Shown: piece by piece, positions 30,319 to 41,094 of the stretch
Numbering within the stretch: the stretch's first letter is position 1
Layout of the letters: each line of letters starts with the position of its first letter
Source of the DNA: Candidatus Heimdallarchaeota archaeon
GTDB taxonomy: Archaea > Asgardarchaeota > Heimdallarchaeia > Hodarchaeales > Hodarchaeaceae
Direction: 5' to 3'
Assembly (NCBI GenBank): GCA_011364965.1
Contig: RDOB01000005.1
Location: 96,001-160,000, forward strand
DNA: 64,000 bases
Position numbers and translations under genes: made by a program
The notes under the pieces: model-generated
What the model saw: only the letters and a program-made list of their open reading frames with translations
The model's database searches: none
What the model was told of the DNA's origin: nothing

Positions 30319-31389
30319 TTAAATTATTGTTTCAATCCATCCATATGGATCTTCTTTTCGGCCATACTGGATATCAATTAGATTTGTGTATAAGAGCTTA
30401 GAAATTGGGCCCACAGTCGATTTGTTGATCATATAAGACTTATCTTGATAATAAAGACTACCTATTGGAGCCACAGAGGCTGCAGTTCCTGCAGCAAAGC
30501 ATTCAGTTAGAGAACCATTGCCAATGGATTCTATCACAAAATCGATGCTTAAAGCTTTCTCGCGAACATAATATCCAGAATCATTAGCTAGAGTAAGAAT
30601 ACTCTCACGAGTAATCCCTGGTAAAATAGTTCCAGACAATGGGGGAGTGAAAATTTCATCATCTATTATGAAGAAGATATTCATTGCCCCTACTTCTTCT
30701 ATATAACGTTTATGGATGGCATCCAGCCATAAAACTTGGTTGAATCCTTTTCTTGTTGCTTCAGCAGTTACAAGCAAGCTCGCAGCATAATTACCTCCAG
30801 TTTTTACATTTCCCATCCCTCCTGGAGCTGCTCGAATATAATTTTCACTAACATAAATATTGACACATTGAAATCCTTCAGGGAAATAAGGTCCTGATGG
30901 TGACAAAATGATGTAAAAAATGAAATCTTGTGCAGTTCTAAGTCCAAGCATGGGAGTAGTGGCAATCATAGTTGGTCTTATATAGAGTGACGATCCTAAT
31001 TTCTTAGGGGCCCAATCTTTTTCCAGTTTAAGTAAAGTTATCAATCCTGTTCGATACAGCTCTTCATCAATTTCAGGCATCACTAAACGTCGTGCTGAAG
31101 AGTTGAAACGTTCGATATTTTTATCTAGACGGAAAAGGTTCAGGTTTCCTTCAGGTGTTCGATATGCTTTTTGACCTTCAAAAATAGTCTGACCGTAATG
31201 TAAGCAAACTGCAGAGGGATTTAACTCAATATTATCATATTTCACTATTCTAGGAATCTTCCATTGATCTTCTTCATAGTTCACAATAAACATTCTATCA
31301 GTAAAAACTTGGCCAAATCCTAACTCTTCATCCGATGAATATTTTACCTTTAAATCCTCAAGCGATAATGATTCAATTGTAATTTCCAA
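30319..31389 (-). CDS. ilvE: Branched-chain amino acid aminotransferase
   Basis: LHYGQTIFEGQKAY, LYIRP, KTGGNYA, EEVGAMN, ILPGITR, GTAA. Confidence 0.95.
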   Translation of the reverse strand: MEITIESLSLEDLKVKYSSDEELGFGQVFTDRMFIVNYEEDQWKIPRIVKYDNIELNPSAVCLHYGQTIFEGQKAYRTPEGNLNLFRLDKNIERFNSSARRLVMPEIDEELYRTGLITLLKLEKDWAPKKLGSSLYIRPTMIATTPMLGLRTAQDFIFYIILSPSGPYFPEGFQCVNIYVSENYIRAAPGGMGNVKTGGNYAASLLVTAEATRKGFNQVLWLDAIHKRYIEEVGAMNIFFIIDDEIFTPPLSGTILPGITRESILTLANDSGYYVREKALSIDFVIESIGNGSLTECFAAGTAASVAPIGSLYYQDKSYMINKSTVGPISKLLYTNLIDIQYGRKEDPYGWIETII

Positions 31390-31587
31390 TTTGACTTACT
31401 CCATGATAATAATTACACTTCAATAGGTAAAAATGAAAAAACTGATGTATCTACCATCTACTGATGAGAAAAAGGATTATTACGAAGATGTTAAATATAT
31501 ATCAGGTGTTATCATTTGTAGGTTCGGTATCAGGAAAAAGCTTAAACATAGAAGTCATTCTTTTATTTGAGATCCGTGTGTGTTAAC

Positions 31588-32334
31588 ATGATTGGGATTG
31601 AATTTACGAGTAAAATCAGTGGAATGCCTCTATTCAGTCATGAATTCCGTCCCCACACGCTTTTTAATAGTGATATCCGAGGTGGACTGATTACTGCTAT
31701 AATGCAAGTAATGGGAGAGACTTTTGGGCAACAAGAAACGAAGATTGTTAGTTATGGACATTATTCTGCTATCCTTGCTGAAGGAGAATATGTATATGGT
31801 ATTCTCTTTACCTTTCAAGTCTCAAGTCAATATGAGAAATTTATTGCCAAGATGGTAGCAGATTTCGAGGAAAAATATAAGGAAATGCTCTCGGTTATTA
31901 ACGAACCTGATACAATAATTCTAACTGAGGATTATGATTTCTCCCAAGAATGTGTTGATGCTTATAATTCTTTATTACATATTGATGCAACTCGATTAAG
32001 TAAATTATTAGATATAATCCAAGGATATGATGATAGGCTCTTTGAAAATATGTTAATCTTTTCTCGACCTGAAATGAGTCAACTTTATACTCATTTGACA
32101 TCCGAAAAATTTAGTGTGTTCAGCACAGAGGTCTCTGGTGCTATTAAAACGCTTCTTGATTTATCCAATCGTACCTCCTTCCCGATAGAGGCGTTTGAAA
32201 TTGCTTTATCACATAATTTTTATTGTTTGATGTTCAATATTTTTCCATATACAGTAGTGATCTTCATTGACGAAGCTGATTTAGATTTGGTTCGCTGGCG
32301 GATCCAGGAAATAAAACGTGCCCTTTCAGATTAG
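31588..32334 (+). CDS. Tandem longin/roadblock-like domain protein
   Basis: SGMPLFS...DIRGGLITAI..V..ETFG pattern plus a second similar module; ATG 31588 preferred. Confidence 0.55.
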   Translation: MIGIEFTSKISGMPLFSHEFRPHTLFNSDIRGGLITAIMQVMGETFGQQETKIVSYGHYSAILAEGEYVYGILFTFQVSSQYEKFIAKMVADFEEKYKEMLSVINEPDTIILTEDYDFSQECVDAYNSLLHIDATRLSKLLDIIQGYDDRLFENMLIFSRPEMSQLYTHLTSEKFSVFSTEVSGAIKTLLDLSNRTSFPIEAFEIALSHNFYCLMFNIFPYTVVIFIDEADLDLVRWRIQEIKRALSD

Positions 32335-32372
32335 GATGCTTGGTTAAGTAAAGGATTTCTTGAAGATTCCAT

Positions 32373-33101
32373 TTGGTGATTTATATTTTTAAAACGAGAA
32401 CTCTTTATCTTGAGGATGCATATAATAAGGAAGAAAAAACTCAGATTTTATCTATAAATGAAGAACTTTCAGGAATTGAATTGAATGAATCTATAATTCA
32501 TCCAGGTGGAGGTGGACAGCCAATGGATATTGCTTACATTAATAAGACGCCAATTTTATCCACTATTGAAAGTGGGTCTCATTTATATTATCAAATTCCT
32601 CCTGATGAGTTGGAAAGTTTTTCTATCAATCAAAATGTGAAAATAAAATTGGATTGGGAATTTCGATATGCTGTAATGAAATTACACAGCGTACAACACA
32701 TCTTAGCTGCTGTTATTTTAAAGAAATACGGATTTAAAATTGCTGGTAATAGTATTCATCCGCAAAAAAGTCATTTGGACTTTGAAACTGAAAAAAATTT
32801 TAATCAAGAAGAAATATTGGAAATTGAGAGGGAAGTTAATCGAATTATTATGGATGATATTAAAATTACTTCCGAAAATCTCCCATTAATCAAAATTAAG
32901 AAAATTATTGCTGTAAATCGTGTTCGATTGGATTTCTTACCTGATTTGAATTCTTATAGAGTAATCAAGATTGGTTCATTTGATATGGTTCCATGTGGAG
33001 GAACACATATAAAATCAACGGGTGAAATTAAAGCATTTTTTATAATAAAATATAAATCAAGAGGAAGAAGACGAAAACGATTCTATTATAATATTGAGTA
33101 G
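32373..33101 (+). CDS. alaX: AlaX trans-editing (Ser/Gly-tRNA-Ala deacylase) protein
   Basis: PGGGGQP, HSVQH, PCGGTH. Confidence 0.9.
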   Translation: MVIYIFKTRTLYLEDAYNKEEKTQILSINEELSGIELNESIIHPGGGGQPMDIAYINKTPILSTIESGSHLYYQIPPDELESFSINQNVKIKLDWEFRYAVMKLHSVQHILAAVILKKYGFKIAGNSIHPQKSHLDFETEKNFNQEEILEIEREVNRIIMDDIKITSENLPLIKIKKIIAVNRVRLDFLPDLNSYRVIKIGSFDMVPCGGTHIKSTGEIKAFFIIKYKSRGRRRKRFYYNIE

Positions 33102-33213
33102 TTATAAAACTCCTACTTGCTAAGCTAGAGAACAAGGATTACAGATATCACAACATTAATAGGATTAATTATAGCTAGATAATGGCATCAATTATGAAGG
33201 ATATCAAAATCCC

Positions 33214-33909
33214 TTGGTGTTCTCAAAAAGAAAATTATTTGGAATAATTGCCCTAATCCTCATCATGAAACTCGAGTTTATTGATCTTACAGTCATAAAT
33301 GCTGAAAGTGAAGACTGGGGTGTAAATCTTTTTGATTCCGAATCTTTCATAATAACTAAGGCTTATGATGCTCAACGTTTTGATAATAGCCATGTGAATA
33401 TTCGATTTCAAATGATAAATGGATTATTTATCGATATTCTTGTATCTGAAGATTCAACTTTCACTCTTATGATTGCAGATTTTATTGATAATCAAATTCA
33501 TTCTCTACTTGAATTTGAAAATCTAAAAATTATGGTGGTGAATGGATTTGTACATCAAACAATTCAGAATCAAACGTACTGGAAAACGTTCTATGAAGAG
33601 GATGACCATGTACTTGTGACTAGGGATCTAATTCTTATTAAAATTGAACAGGAATACGGCTTTTACACCCATTTGTATATAGAAGAATGGAACTGGAAAA
33701 CTGGGTGGTTAGAGCGATACTATACAAAATCTATGTACAATCAGACTTTGATGTATGAATTGGAAATAAATAAAATCAATGAAGAACCATTGATTTCGAC
33801 AAATATGATTTATGGGTGGTTAATTCTCATTGTAATTATGTTACCTTTATTCTTTTCTCATCGAAATACTATTAAAAGAAAAATAAAACCTAAAAGAATT
33901 AGTACATAA
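33214..33909 (+). CDS. Hypothetical exported protein with C-terminal TM anchor
   Basis: N-terminal signal; C-terminal hydrophobic helix followed by basic tail. Confidence 0.65.
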   Translation: MVFSKRKLFGIIALILIMKLEFIDLTVINAESEDWGVNLFDSESFIITKAYDAQRFDNSHVNIRFQMINGLFIDILVSEDSTFTLMIADFIDNQIHSLLEFENLKIMVVNGFVHQTIQNQTYWKTFYEEDDHVLVTRDLILIKIEQEYGFYTHLYIEEWNWKTGWLERYYTKSMYNQTLMYELEINKINEEPLISTNMIYGWLILIVIMLPLFFSHRNTIKRKIKPKRIST

Positions 33910-34392
33910 ATTTAAACTATCTTAAAAAGAGGGAAATTCCTTTATTTTGATATTAAAGCTATCATTCTATGTAAGTTTTCTTTTGTTTTTCTTGTGTCAT
34001 TTCTTTTTCTATAGAAAATAATTCTACAGAAATTAATGCAGAAAAATCTCCCATAGTCAATTTTCTACGGTTTGGTTTGGACGCTTCGTTTGTCATTGCA
34101 CCACAACACCGCTTTTGGATTATTATTTGTCTTTTAAATACCTGATTAATACGCAAGTAACATCTAATTCTCAATTTATATAGAACCCTGCATATACAGA
34201 AATGAGTCGGGTTAATTGTCTTCCCCCTATTTGCATAAAGCCTACTAATCTGAGGTAATTATTATCTCAGAATGCAAAAACAAGCTCCTCCGTGAATAGT
34301 TAGAATCCATTCTCTTTTTTCCTAAGATCTTTGTAATGAAAGACTTAGAAATCAATTAGTTTAAGAAGTCATATTAATAAGGACGCACTATT

Positions 34393-35205
34393 ATGGCCCC
34401 CCCTTCTTGGATAATTCTCTACTTATTTACTCTAACTTTAACTAAGTTAACAGGCTTTATACTTTTTTTCAATTACTTTCTTCGCTTAAATCAGTCCCGT
34501 TTTCTTTTAGTTTCATTGGGATGGTTAATAAGTATACTGGGAGCAGGTTTATTTCTGATTTCAATGTATAGTACGATTCCTGAAATTATTTCATTAACGT
34601 ACGTTATTTCTTCAATTTCTATGTCCTGGGGCATACTAGCCATCGGTGTTGGAATTATGAGTTACTTCCAACCTGTAAAAAAGGAGATCTTCGCCATTGG
34701 AACCGCAGTTTTCATTTTATTGCCTATAATTGTCTTTTTCACCTCAGAGAAAGGATTTGCTGGTATGCTTACAACAATAGAACAGCTTATTGTCTATCTG
34801 TTTATGATATTTGAGGGAATTAAACATCGAAATAGAGTTTTAGAATTTTCTCGTGGGAGTTACGCTCTTTATATGACTGGTGTGACTTTATCGTTTCTTT
34901 CAACTATTTCAATAATGATCGCAGGGTCATCGTTTTCTGAATTGATTGTCATTATCTATTTTGGACTTGATATTTGGCTTTCTGTGGTATTAATCCTCTT
35001 TTTGATTCATCTGGAACATAATATCTCTTTGAGAGAAAAATTCCTCTTGAAAGATGCATTTAGTCATGAAATGGCCCAGCTTCTGCAACTTGCAGTTGCT
35101 CATCTCGACCTGGGACTACTTTCTAATGAAAAAACTGAATATGAGCAAGTAAATACTACACTTCAAAAAGCTAGTGACTTGTTAATTCGCATCCGTAAGC
35201 TCTGA
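34393..35205 (+). CDS. 7-TM membrane protein ending in a HisKA-like helical hairpin
   Basis: Seven hydrophobic segments, then DAFSHEMAQLLQ; no HATPase domain. Confidence 0.6.
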   Translation: MAPPSWIILYLFTLTLTKLTGFILFFNYFLRLNQSRFLLVSLGWLISILGAGLFLISMYSTIPEIISLTYVISSISMSWGILAIGVGIMSYFQPVKKEIFAIGTAVFILLPIIVFFTSEKGFAGMLTTIEQLIVYLFMIFEGIKHRNRVLEFSRGSYALYMTGVTLSFLSTISIMIAGSSFSELIVIIYFGLDIWLSVVLILFLIHLEHNISLREKFLLKDAFSHEMAQLLQLAVAHLDLGLLSNEKTEYEQVNTTLQKASDLLIRIRKL

Positions 35206-35368
35206 TAGGCTATCAAGCTGTTTTTAAAATCAATAATCCAATTATATACAAATCATTTACTTGAACTTTATTTTAGAACGGTGAATTCTCCACATAAACT
35301 AATTGATGAGTACTTGTACAGCTAATTAAAAATAATTATCAACCAGATAGGAATATGAGGGAACTTCT

Positions 35369-36862
35369 CTGAACAAAAGAATTATAATAATTGGAGCAGG
35401 GTTGGGTGGACTCAGTACAGGTTGCTATGCTCAGTTAAATGGATATCATACAGAAATTTTTGAAAAACATACACATTCTGGAGGCCTTGCTGCAACCTGG
35501 AAGCGAAAAGATTATAGAATAGATGGCGGAATTCATTTTCTCACTGGACACAAACCTGGAATTGCCTTTTATAAAATTTTGAGGGAAATAGGAATTAATC
35601 CAGAAACCTTAGTAGATTCTTCCACCTATGGACGTTTCCTTGATGAAAATAGTGGAGTAATAATTGATATCACAAATAATGCTAATAAGTTATACCAAAC
35701 TTTGTTGAATTATTTTCCTGACGATTCGCTTTTTATTGAGGATTTAATAAAGAACGCAAAGAAACTTTCCAAATATGACTTGAGTGTATTTGGCTTAGAA
35801 AAACCAGTAGAGCTAAAATCCAAAATTGACGATCTTAAAGAATTTTGGGCTCTTAAAGGAATTTTAAAATACTTTACAGGGAAATATAATCGATCAGTGG
35901 ATTCTATTGCAAAACAATTGAATCATGAAATTTTTGGAGAGTTTCTGAAAAAGATATTCTTACCCCAAGTTCCTTATTGGTTTGTACTAATGATTCTTTC
36001 ATTAGTTTTCAGTAATCAGTTATGTTTACTGCGTGATGGTTCCAATGAGTTTGCAAAGTCAATTGAAAGAAGATATCTTGCGTTGGGGGGAAAAATCCAT
36101 TTTTCATCAGGTGTTAAGAAAATTATTGTTGAAAAAGGAAGCGCGATTGGGGTTCAGTTAGAAAATGGAATTATAGAATACGCTGATTATATTATATCAA
36201 GCACAGATGGATTTCATACCTTATTTCACCTATTAGGGAAAGAATTTGTTGATGAGGCAACTCTTGATCGATACAACCAAGCTGATATATTAAATCCTTG
36301 CTTAATTATTAGCTTTGGTGTTGATCAAGCGTTCCCAGAAGAACCATGGTTAACAGTTGTCGTTCTTAATGAGCCAATAACTGTAGGAAATCAAGAAATA
36401 CACGAAATCGTTATCCGAATATTCAACTATAGTTCATACTTCGCTCCTCCTGAAAAAACTGTAGTTCAGGTATTAATCGAAACGGAGTGGGATTTTTGGA
36501 ATGAATTATCCAAAGATCAGTCCCTGTATACCTCATATAAACAGGAAATCGCGAAATTAATTCTGATAAAATTGGAAGTATATTTCCCTGGTTTGTCACG
36601 GAATGTTCAAGTGACTGATGTAGCTACTCCATATACTTTCTGGCATTTTACACAATCAACAAAGGGTTCAATAATGGGATGGGCGCCTAATGTTAAAAAT
36701 ATGTTAACACAACCGAAGAAATCATTGCCTACACTGACTAATTTTTACTTAGCAGGACAATGGTCTATGTCTGTAGGAGGGGTTTCTCCCTCTATTCTTT
36801 CTGGTAGACACGTTGTTCAGCTATTATGCACAAACGATTCACGGAAATTTAGAACTAGATAG
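35369..36862 (+). CDS. Phytoene dehydrogenase-like FAD oxidoreductase
   Basis: Extending the ORF upstream gives NKRIIIIGAGLGGL (Rossmann motif); also DVATP and LAGQW. Start inferred at CTG 35369. Confidence 0.88.
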   Translation: MNKRIIIIGAGLGGLSTGCYAQLNGYHTEIFEKHTHSGGLAATWKRKDYRIDGGIHFLTGHKPGIAFYKILREIGINPETLVDSSTYGRFLDENSGVIIDITNNANKLYQTLLNYFPDDSLFIEDLIKNAKKLSKYDLSVFGLEKPVELKSKIDDLKEFWALKGILKYFTGKYNRSVDSIAKQLNHEIFGEFLKKIFLPQVPYWFVLMILSLVFSNQLCLLRDGSNEFAKSIERRYLALGGKIHFSSGVKKIIVEKGSAIGVQLENGIIEYADYIISSTDGFHTLFHLLGKEFVDEATLDRYNQADILNPCLIISFGVDQAFPEEPWLTVVVLNEPITVGNQEIHEIVIRIFNYSSYFAPPEKTVVQVLIETEWDFWNELSKDQSLYTSYKQEIAKLILIKLEVYFPGLSRNVQVTDVATPYTFWHFTQSTKGSIMGWAPNVKNMLTQPKKSLPTLTNFYLAGQWSMSVGGVSPSILSGRHVVQLLCTNDSRKFRTR

Positions 36863-37038
36863 AAGCCCAAATTCAATTACAATGGCTTTCAACATTAAAT
36901 ATTGTATTCTCTGTGAAACTTTGGTTTATTTTATCCATTTTCATTAGTCCAAATAATACCTCATTCAACCTAGGTACATCACTTAGGAATTAGGCTCCAG
37001 ATTTACTGAAACAGGAAAAAAGAATATAAATTAGCCCG

Positions 37039-37455
37039 TTAGGAGCTAACTTTCAAATTAATTAATTTCTCTTCTAAAATTCCATCAAACCATACATTTA
37101 ATGTTTTATCAAACCCTCTACAGACACTTGGGTCGATTATTCCCTCTTTTAAGTGTTTGCTATATTGCTTGAGGAAGGATACTCTGATTCTTTGCATCAA
37201 ATGTGTAAATTTTCTTTTACTTACCCTTAAATCCGAAATAACCAACGCAATCATTATAGAATCTTTCATATCATAAATAATCTTAACGTTCTCCATTTTA
37301 ATTTCTTGAACCTCTTGTAAGAGCATACTTCGAGCAAAATCTGATATTGCTACGAGAAATCCACTTAGCAAGTCTACATCTTCCTTTTTTTGTTGACAAG
37401 ATTTCGCAACCAAACATATTCCAGATTCGTGGATAATGTAGATTTCTCGAATCAA
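37039..37455 (-). CDS. Stand-alone longin-like domain protein
   Basis: IREIYIIHESGICL...DVDLLSGFLVAISDFA; GGAGG RBS. Confidence 0.7.
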   Translation of the reverse strand: MIREIYIIHESGICLVAKSCQQKKEDVDLLSGFLVAISDFARSMLLQEVQEIKMENVKIIYDMKDSIMIALVISDLRVSKRKFTHLMQRIRVSFLKQYSKHLKEGIIDPSVCRGFDKTLNVWFDGILEEKLINLKVSS

Positions 37456-37927
37456 CGTATTATACCTCCATTTGTTTTGCTAACTCTTTTCTTTCTAAGA
37501 GATTGGGAACTCTAGTTATTTAATCTTTGATTATGAACTTTTAACTTACCTCATCAGTATTTGAACTAAAATCCAATTCAAGCTATATACTTTATGGAAA
37601 TATTCCTGAATTTATAAAGTAATATCAAATTAAAATTCTCAATTCCAAGTATTTTTTTTGATTAGATAAATCATTAGTATATTAGTAGTGGATTCATCAA
37701 ATATTAAGAACCAAAAAAGTCTTCTTTTCTGAGAATTTCTTGTTGCTTCTTTTCAATACTTGGATTGCTATATATCATTTGAAGGATCAAGAATGACGAA
37801 AATTAGATTAGATGTAAATTCACTGAAGTTTAAAATCAAAGAATAGATCGTTTATATAAAGGAAATAATTACGAGACATCTCCATCTATTAGTAAAAATA
37901 ATCAAAAATCACGCATAAATTCTCGTA

Positions 37928-38731
37928 ATGGGGTCGATAAAGAAAATGGACGATACGATCGAGCTTTATAACATCTTGGGTAAATTGGATTCCCCAATTC
38001 AACATATTGGGGGGATTTCCGCGACAGCTGAACTTTTAGAGATGCTCTCTCTGAAAAAAAATGAATATATTTTGGATGTTGGTTGTGGGGGAGGATATAC
38101 AGCTTGTTTAATCGCTGAAAAGTATGAATGCCGTGTCGAAGGTATTGATGCATCCCCAGTTATGATTGAAAATGCAAGGAGACGAGCAGAAAAACGAAAG
38201 CTTGAAGATTTAGTCACATTTCAACTAGCTGATGTTTATCAACTCCCATTTAAAGATAATAAATTTGATTGTGCTTTTTTTGAGTCCTTTCTTAATGTTT
38301 TACCAGGAGATAGAGAGGCAGCTTTAGCGGAAATTGCACGAGTTGTTCAATTTGGTGGAAGGATAGGGGGAAATGAGCTAGTAACAACACCCGACATCCC
38401 AGAAGAGATACAAGAAGAAGTTAATCATCTAACTCCTTATCTTGGGAATTTTATGAATCCCGAAGAGCTAAAAGCGCTTTTTCAAAGAGCGGGATTGAGT
38501 TCCATTATCTTTCATCAGTACCCAGCCTCAAAGATTTCATCGAATATGCTAATGGGTGACTCTCGAAAGCTTATGGGAATCTCTGGGTTGGCTTCCTATC
38601 TCGTTAGAATGGTAGTTGCTTATTTTAGACATATTAAACTACGCTCATATTCTAAGTACTCAAGAATTGTCTTAAAAGATAAGAAAACTCGTAAATACTT
38701 TGGTTATGCATTCATTGTTGGACAAAAATAA
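37928..38731 (+). CDS. Class I SAM-dependent methyltransferase
   Basis: HIGG...T, ILDVGCGGG, LPF....FD. Confidence 0.9.
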   Translation: MGSIKKMDDTIELYNILGKLDSPIQHIGGISATAELLEMLSLKKNEYILDVGCGGGYTACLIAEKYECRVEGIDASPVMIENARRRAEKRKLEDLVTFQLADVYQLPFKDNKFDCAFFESFLNVLPGDREAALAEIARVVQFGGRIGGNELVTTPDIPEEIQEEVNHLTPYLGNFMNPEELKALFQRAGLSSIIFHQYPASKISSNMLMGDSRKLMGISGLASYLVRMVVAYFRHIKLRSYSKYSRIVLKDKKTRKYFGYAFIVGQK

Positions 38732-38777
38732 CCACTTATCTAATATTTGACCGCTTAAAACTATTTTATGAAGTAGA

Positions 38778-39050
38778 ATGCTTGGTAATAAACTAAATAT
38801 ACTTTTTATTATAACTCATGATACAGGGGATTTTCTTGGATGCTATGAACTTGATGAGGTCAATTCACCGAACTTTGATGAACTATCGCATCAAGGAATT
38901 CAATTTATGAATTATTTTGCTGTAGCACCCTAGTACTCCCCATTAAGAGTTAGTATATTAGCTGGAAAAATGCCTCATTCTCACGGATTGATGGGTTTGG
39001 TTAATAGAGGTTGGAATTTACCAAAAAAAAATGTAACTTTACCCTCCTAA
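38778..39050 (+). pseudogene. Sulfatase N-terminal remnant
   Basis: Manual translation MLGNKLNILFIITHDTGDFLGCY...SPNFD...AP*YSPLRVSILAGKMPHSHGLMGL; in-frame TAG at 38931; truncated. Confidence 0.85.
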
Positions 39051-39134
39051 TAGTATAGATTTACCGTAAGATATCTATTTTTCTATTTACCTCCTCTCTG
39101 TTCGAAGGATTCCTGATAAAAATAAAAAAGGGGG

Positions 39135-40931
39135 TTAAAGAAGACTATACGCCCCAGAGATTGCAAGGATCCAGGTTATGATAAGAGAAATAACAATTGA
39201 TCCTAAATATATCTTCCCGGTTTTTTGGTAGAAATAGGTCAATAAAAAGAACATAAACGTGAACTGGGGAATAGCTTGCATCAAAAATATCTGAAACAGA
39301 GCTGCGAGAGGTATGAAATGAAAAGTTGGAGCAGTACCCAGGAAGAATAGTGGAAGATAATGAAGAGCGAAGAACAAGATTAATCCGCACATCATGGCGT
39401 ACACTGATTTTACAAACCATACTAAATGTGTTCTAGTGAATGTAGAATGCTCTTTAGATCGAATTTGTCCAAATAGAAAAACTCCACCGTTAAATAAGAA
39501 GAATATTAGAGTTGGTACTAAATAAATAAAGAATTGTGTCAATCGATATCCTTGAATTTGTCGCAATACAGGCCACATGAATCGGAATTCTACTAGGGTT
39601 AGTTTCTCAAATACTGCTACAAATCCATACAAATACACAACTATGATAATTGCAAGTACAATAGTCTTTTTCAAAATCTCTCTGTTGAATGTTTTTTTGT
39701 TTTCATCAAAAGATACTCCCATATCATACCAGGTTACTCCTTTAGTCTTTGCCCCTCTGAACCAGAAGTAAAACGCTACTGCTGCAATTAGGAAGTTAAC
39801 CAAGAACCACCAGAAAAATGCACTTGCTGTAATTAAATTCGTGATAGGGGTATCAATTAATAATCCAATTGTAGGTATAATCAGGAACGTTACACCTCCA
39901 ATCAATCCATTAATTGTTGCATAAATCCACCATGTTCGCTCCTCAATTGTATAACGAGTAGGAAGTGGTTGAATAATATCTTTAAAGGTTTCTGTCTCTA
40001 AAAGAATACTAGTTAGTGGAATAATGGATAATAGAACTGTTATTGTGGCAATGAGTGTTGCAGCTTCTTTAAATTGAGAGATTTGATTATAGGGGTCTAT
40101 CCAGTGACTATCAGTCACCCCTCCTTTCAGCGATTTTCTCATCCAATCAATGGTTTCTGCAATTCCTATCATGTTCCAAGTTCCTCCAGGGTGTGTAGAA
40201 GGAATATATGCGTATCTTTGAGCTGATCCGTCGTTAAAGTTCCCATAATCATGATTTATTTGAGCAGTTTCATTTGTATTGTATGTTATCATTTCCATGC
40301 CCATTTCATACCAATCTGGTCTGGTATAACTATTTAGATCCTCAAATTGACACCATAATTGAAGATAATTATTTATACCTGAATCAGTTATGTTTGCAGG
40401 ACCACCACTCTGAATTACTACTGCATCATGATCTGGATTAATAGCAGCAATCTTTCGAGCATTACTTCCCCCCATACTATGTCCCACAATACCTAGTTTA
40501 TCACCATTAACAAATGCTAGATTTTTGAGGAAATGATAAGATGCATTCGCTCCCATATTCGTATCAGTATAGATATCCAACGCTAGCCATGGACTAGAGT
40601 CACCTTGTCCAATTTCAGAAATAGCTAGTGCTACAAATCCTCTTCGGGCCAATTCAATTGCAGTTGGAGCCTCTGTATCTTTATCATTATTGAACCCATG
40701 CATTAGCAGAATACCTGGTAAGGGGTTGGCTGCTGTGGCATAAGTAGGCCTATAGAGTTTACCTTCAACAATATCACCTGTCTCATCTGCAAATCGGACA
40801 AGCTCGATGTCAATTTCACCGAAGTTGGATTGTAGAAGGGATCCAACTGTTATTGTGCTGATAGAAATACAAATTAGTGTTATAAACCATATTCTATTGT
40901 TCCAAATATTTCGTGAAGCCAATTGAGTCAC
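39135..40931 (-). CDS. Alpha/beta hydrolase with C-terminal multi-TM domain
   Basis: HGF, GHSMGG; about 8 C-terminal TM helices. Confidence 0.85.
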   Translation of the reverse strand: MTQLASRNIWNNRIWFITLICISISTITVGSLLQSNFGEIDIELVRFADETGDIVEGKLYRPTYATAANPLPGILLMHGFNNDKDTEAPTAIELARRGFVALAISEIGQGDSSPWLALDIYTDTNMGANASYHFLKNLAFVNGDKLGIVGHSMGGSNARKIAAINPDHDAVVIQSGGPANITDSGINNYLQLWCQFEDLNSYTRPDWYEMGMEMITYNTNETAQINHDYGNFNDGSAQRYAYIPSTHPGGTWNMIGIAETIDWMRKSLKGGVTDSHWIDPYNQISQFKEAATLIATITVLLSIIPLTSILLETETFKDIIQPLPTRYTIEERTWWIYATINGLIGGVTFLIIPTIGLLIDTPITNLITASAFFWWFLVNFLIAAVAFYFWFRGAKTKGVTWYDMGVSFDENKKTFNREILKKTIVLAIIIVVYLYGFVAVFEKLTLVEFRFMWPVLRQIQGYRLTQFFIYLVPTLIFFLFNGGVFLFGQIRSKEHSTFTRTHLVWFVKSVYAMMCGLILFFALHYLPLFFLGTAPTFHFIPLAALFQIFLMQAIPQFTFMFFLLTYFYQKTGKIYLGSIVISLIITWILAISGAYSLL

Positions 40932-41094
40932 CTCGAACGTTTAAATTAAAAGAAAAAGCAAAATTATTAGTGAATTATAACTATAAAAAGATATTGAGGT
41001 TTTTAAATAACTCAATACCGAAATATGTGTCTTTTTCATTTTTACAGGAAAAAAAGAAAATCTCCTTTTTTTATAGCATAACTGAAATTTTACA

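Noticed and set aside
33962-34290. Short minus-strand ORF and hairpin CTGAGGTAATTATTATCTCAG
   Set aside because: Insufficient support for a gene; a single short hairpin could be chance or a simple operator.
38931-38933. In-frame TAG as possible pyrrolysine codon
   Set aside because: The neighbouring catalytic Cys is lost and the gene is truncated, so a pseudogene is the simpler explanation.
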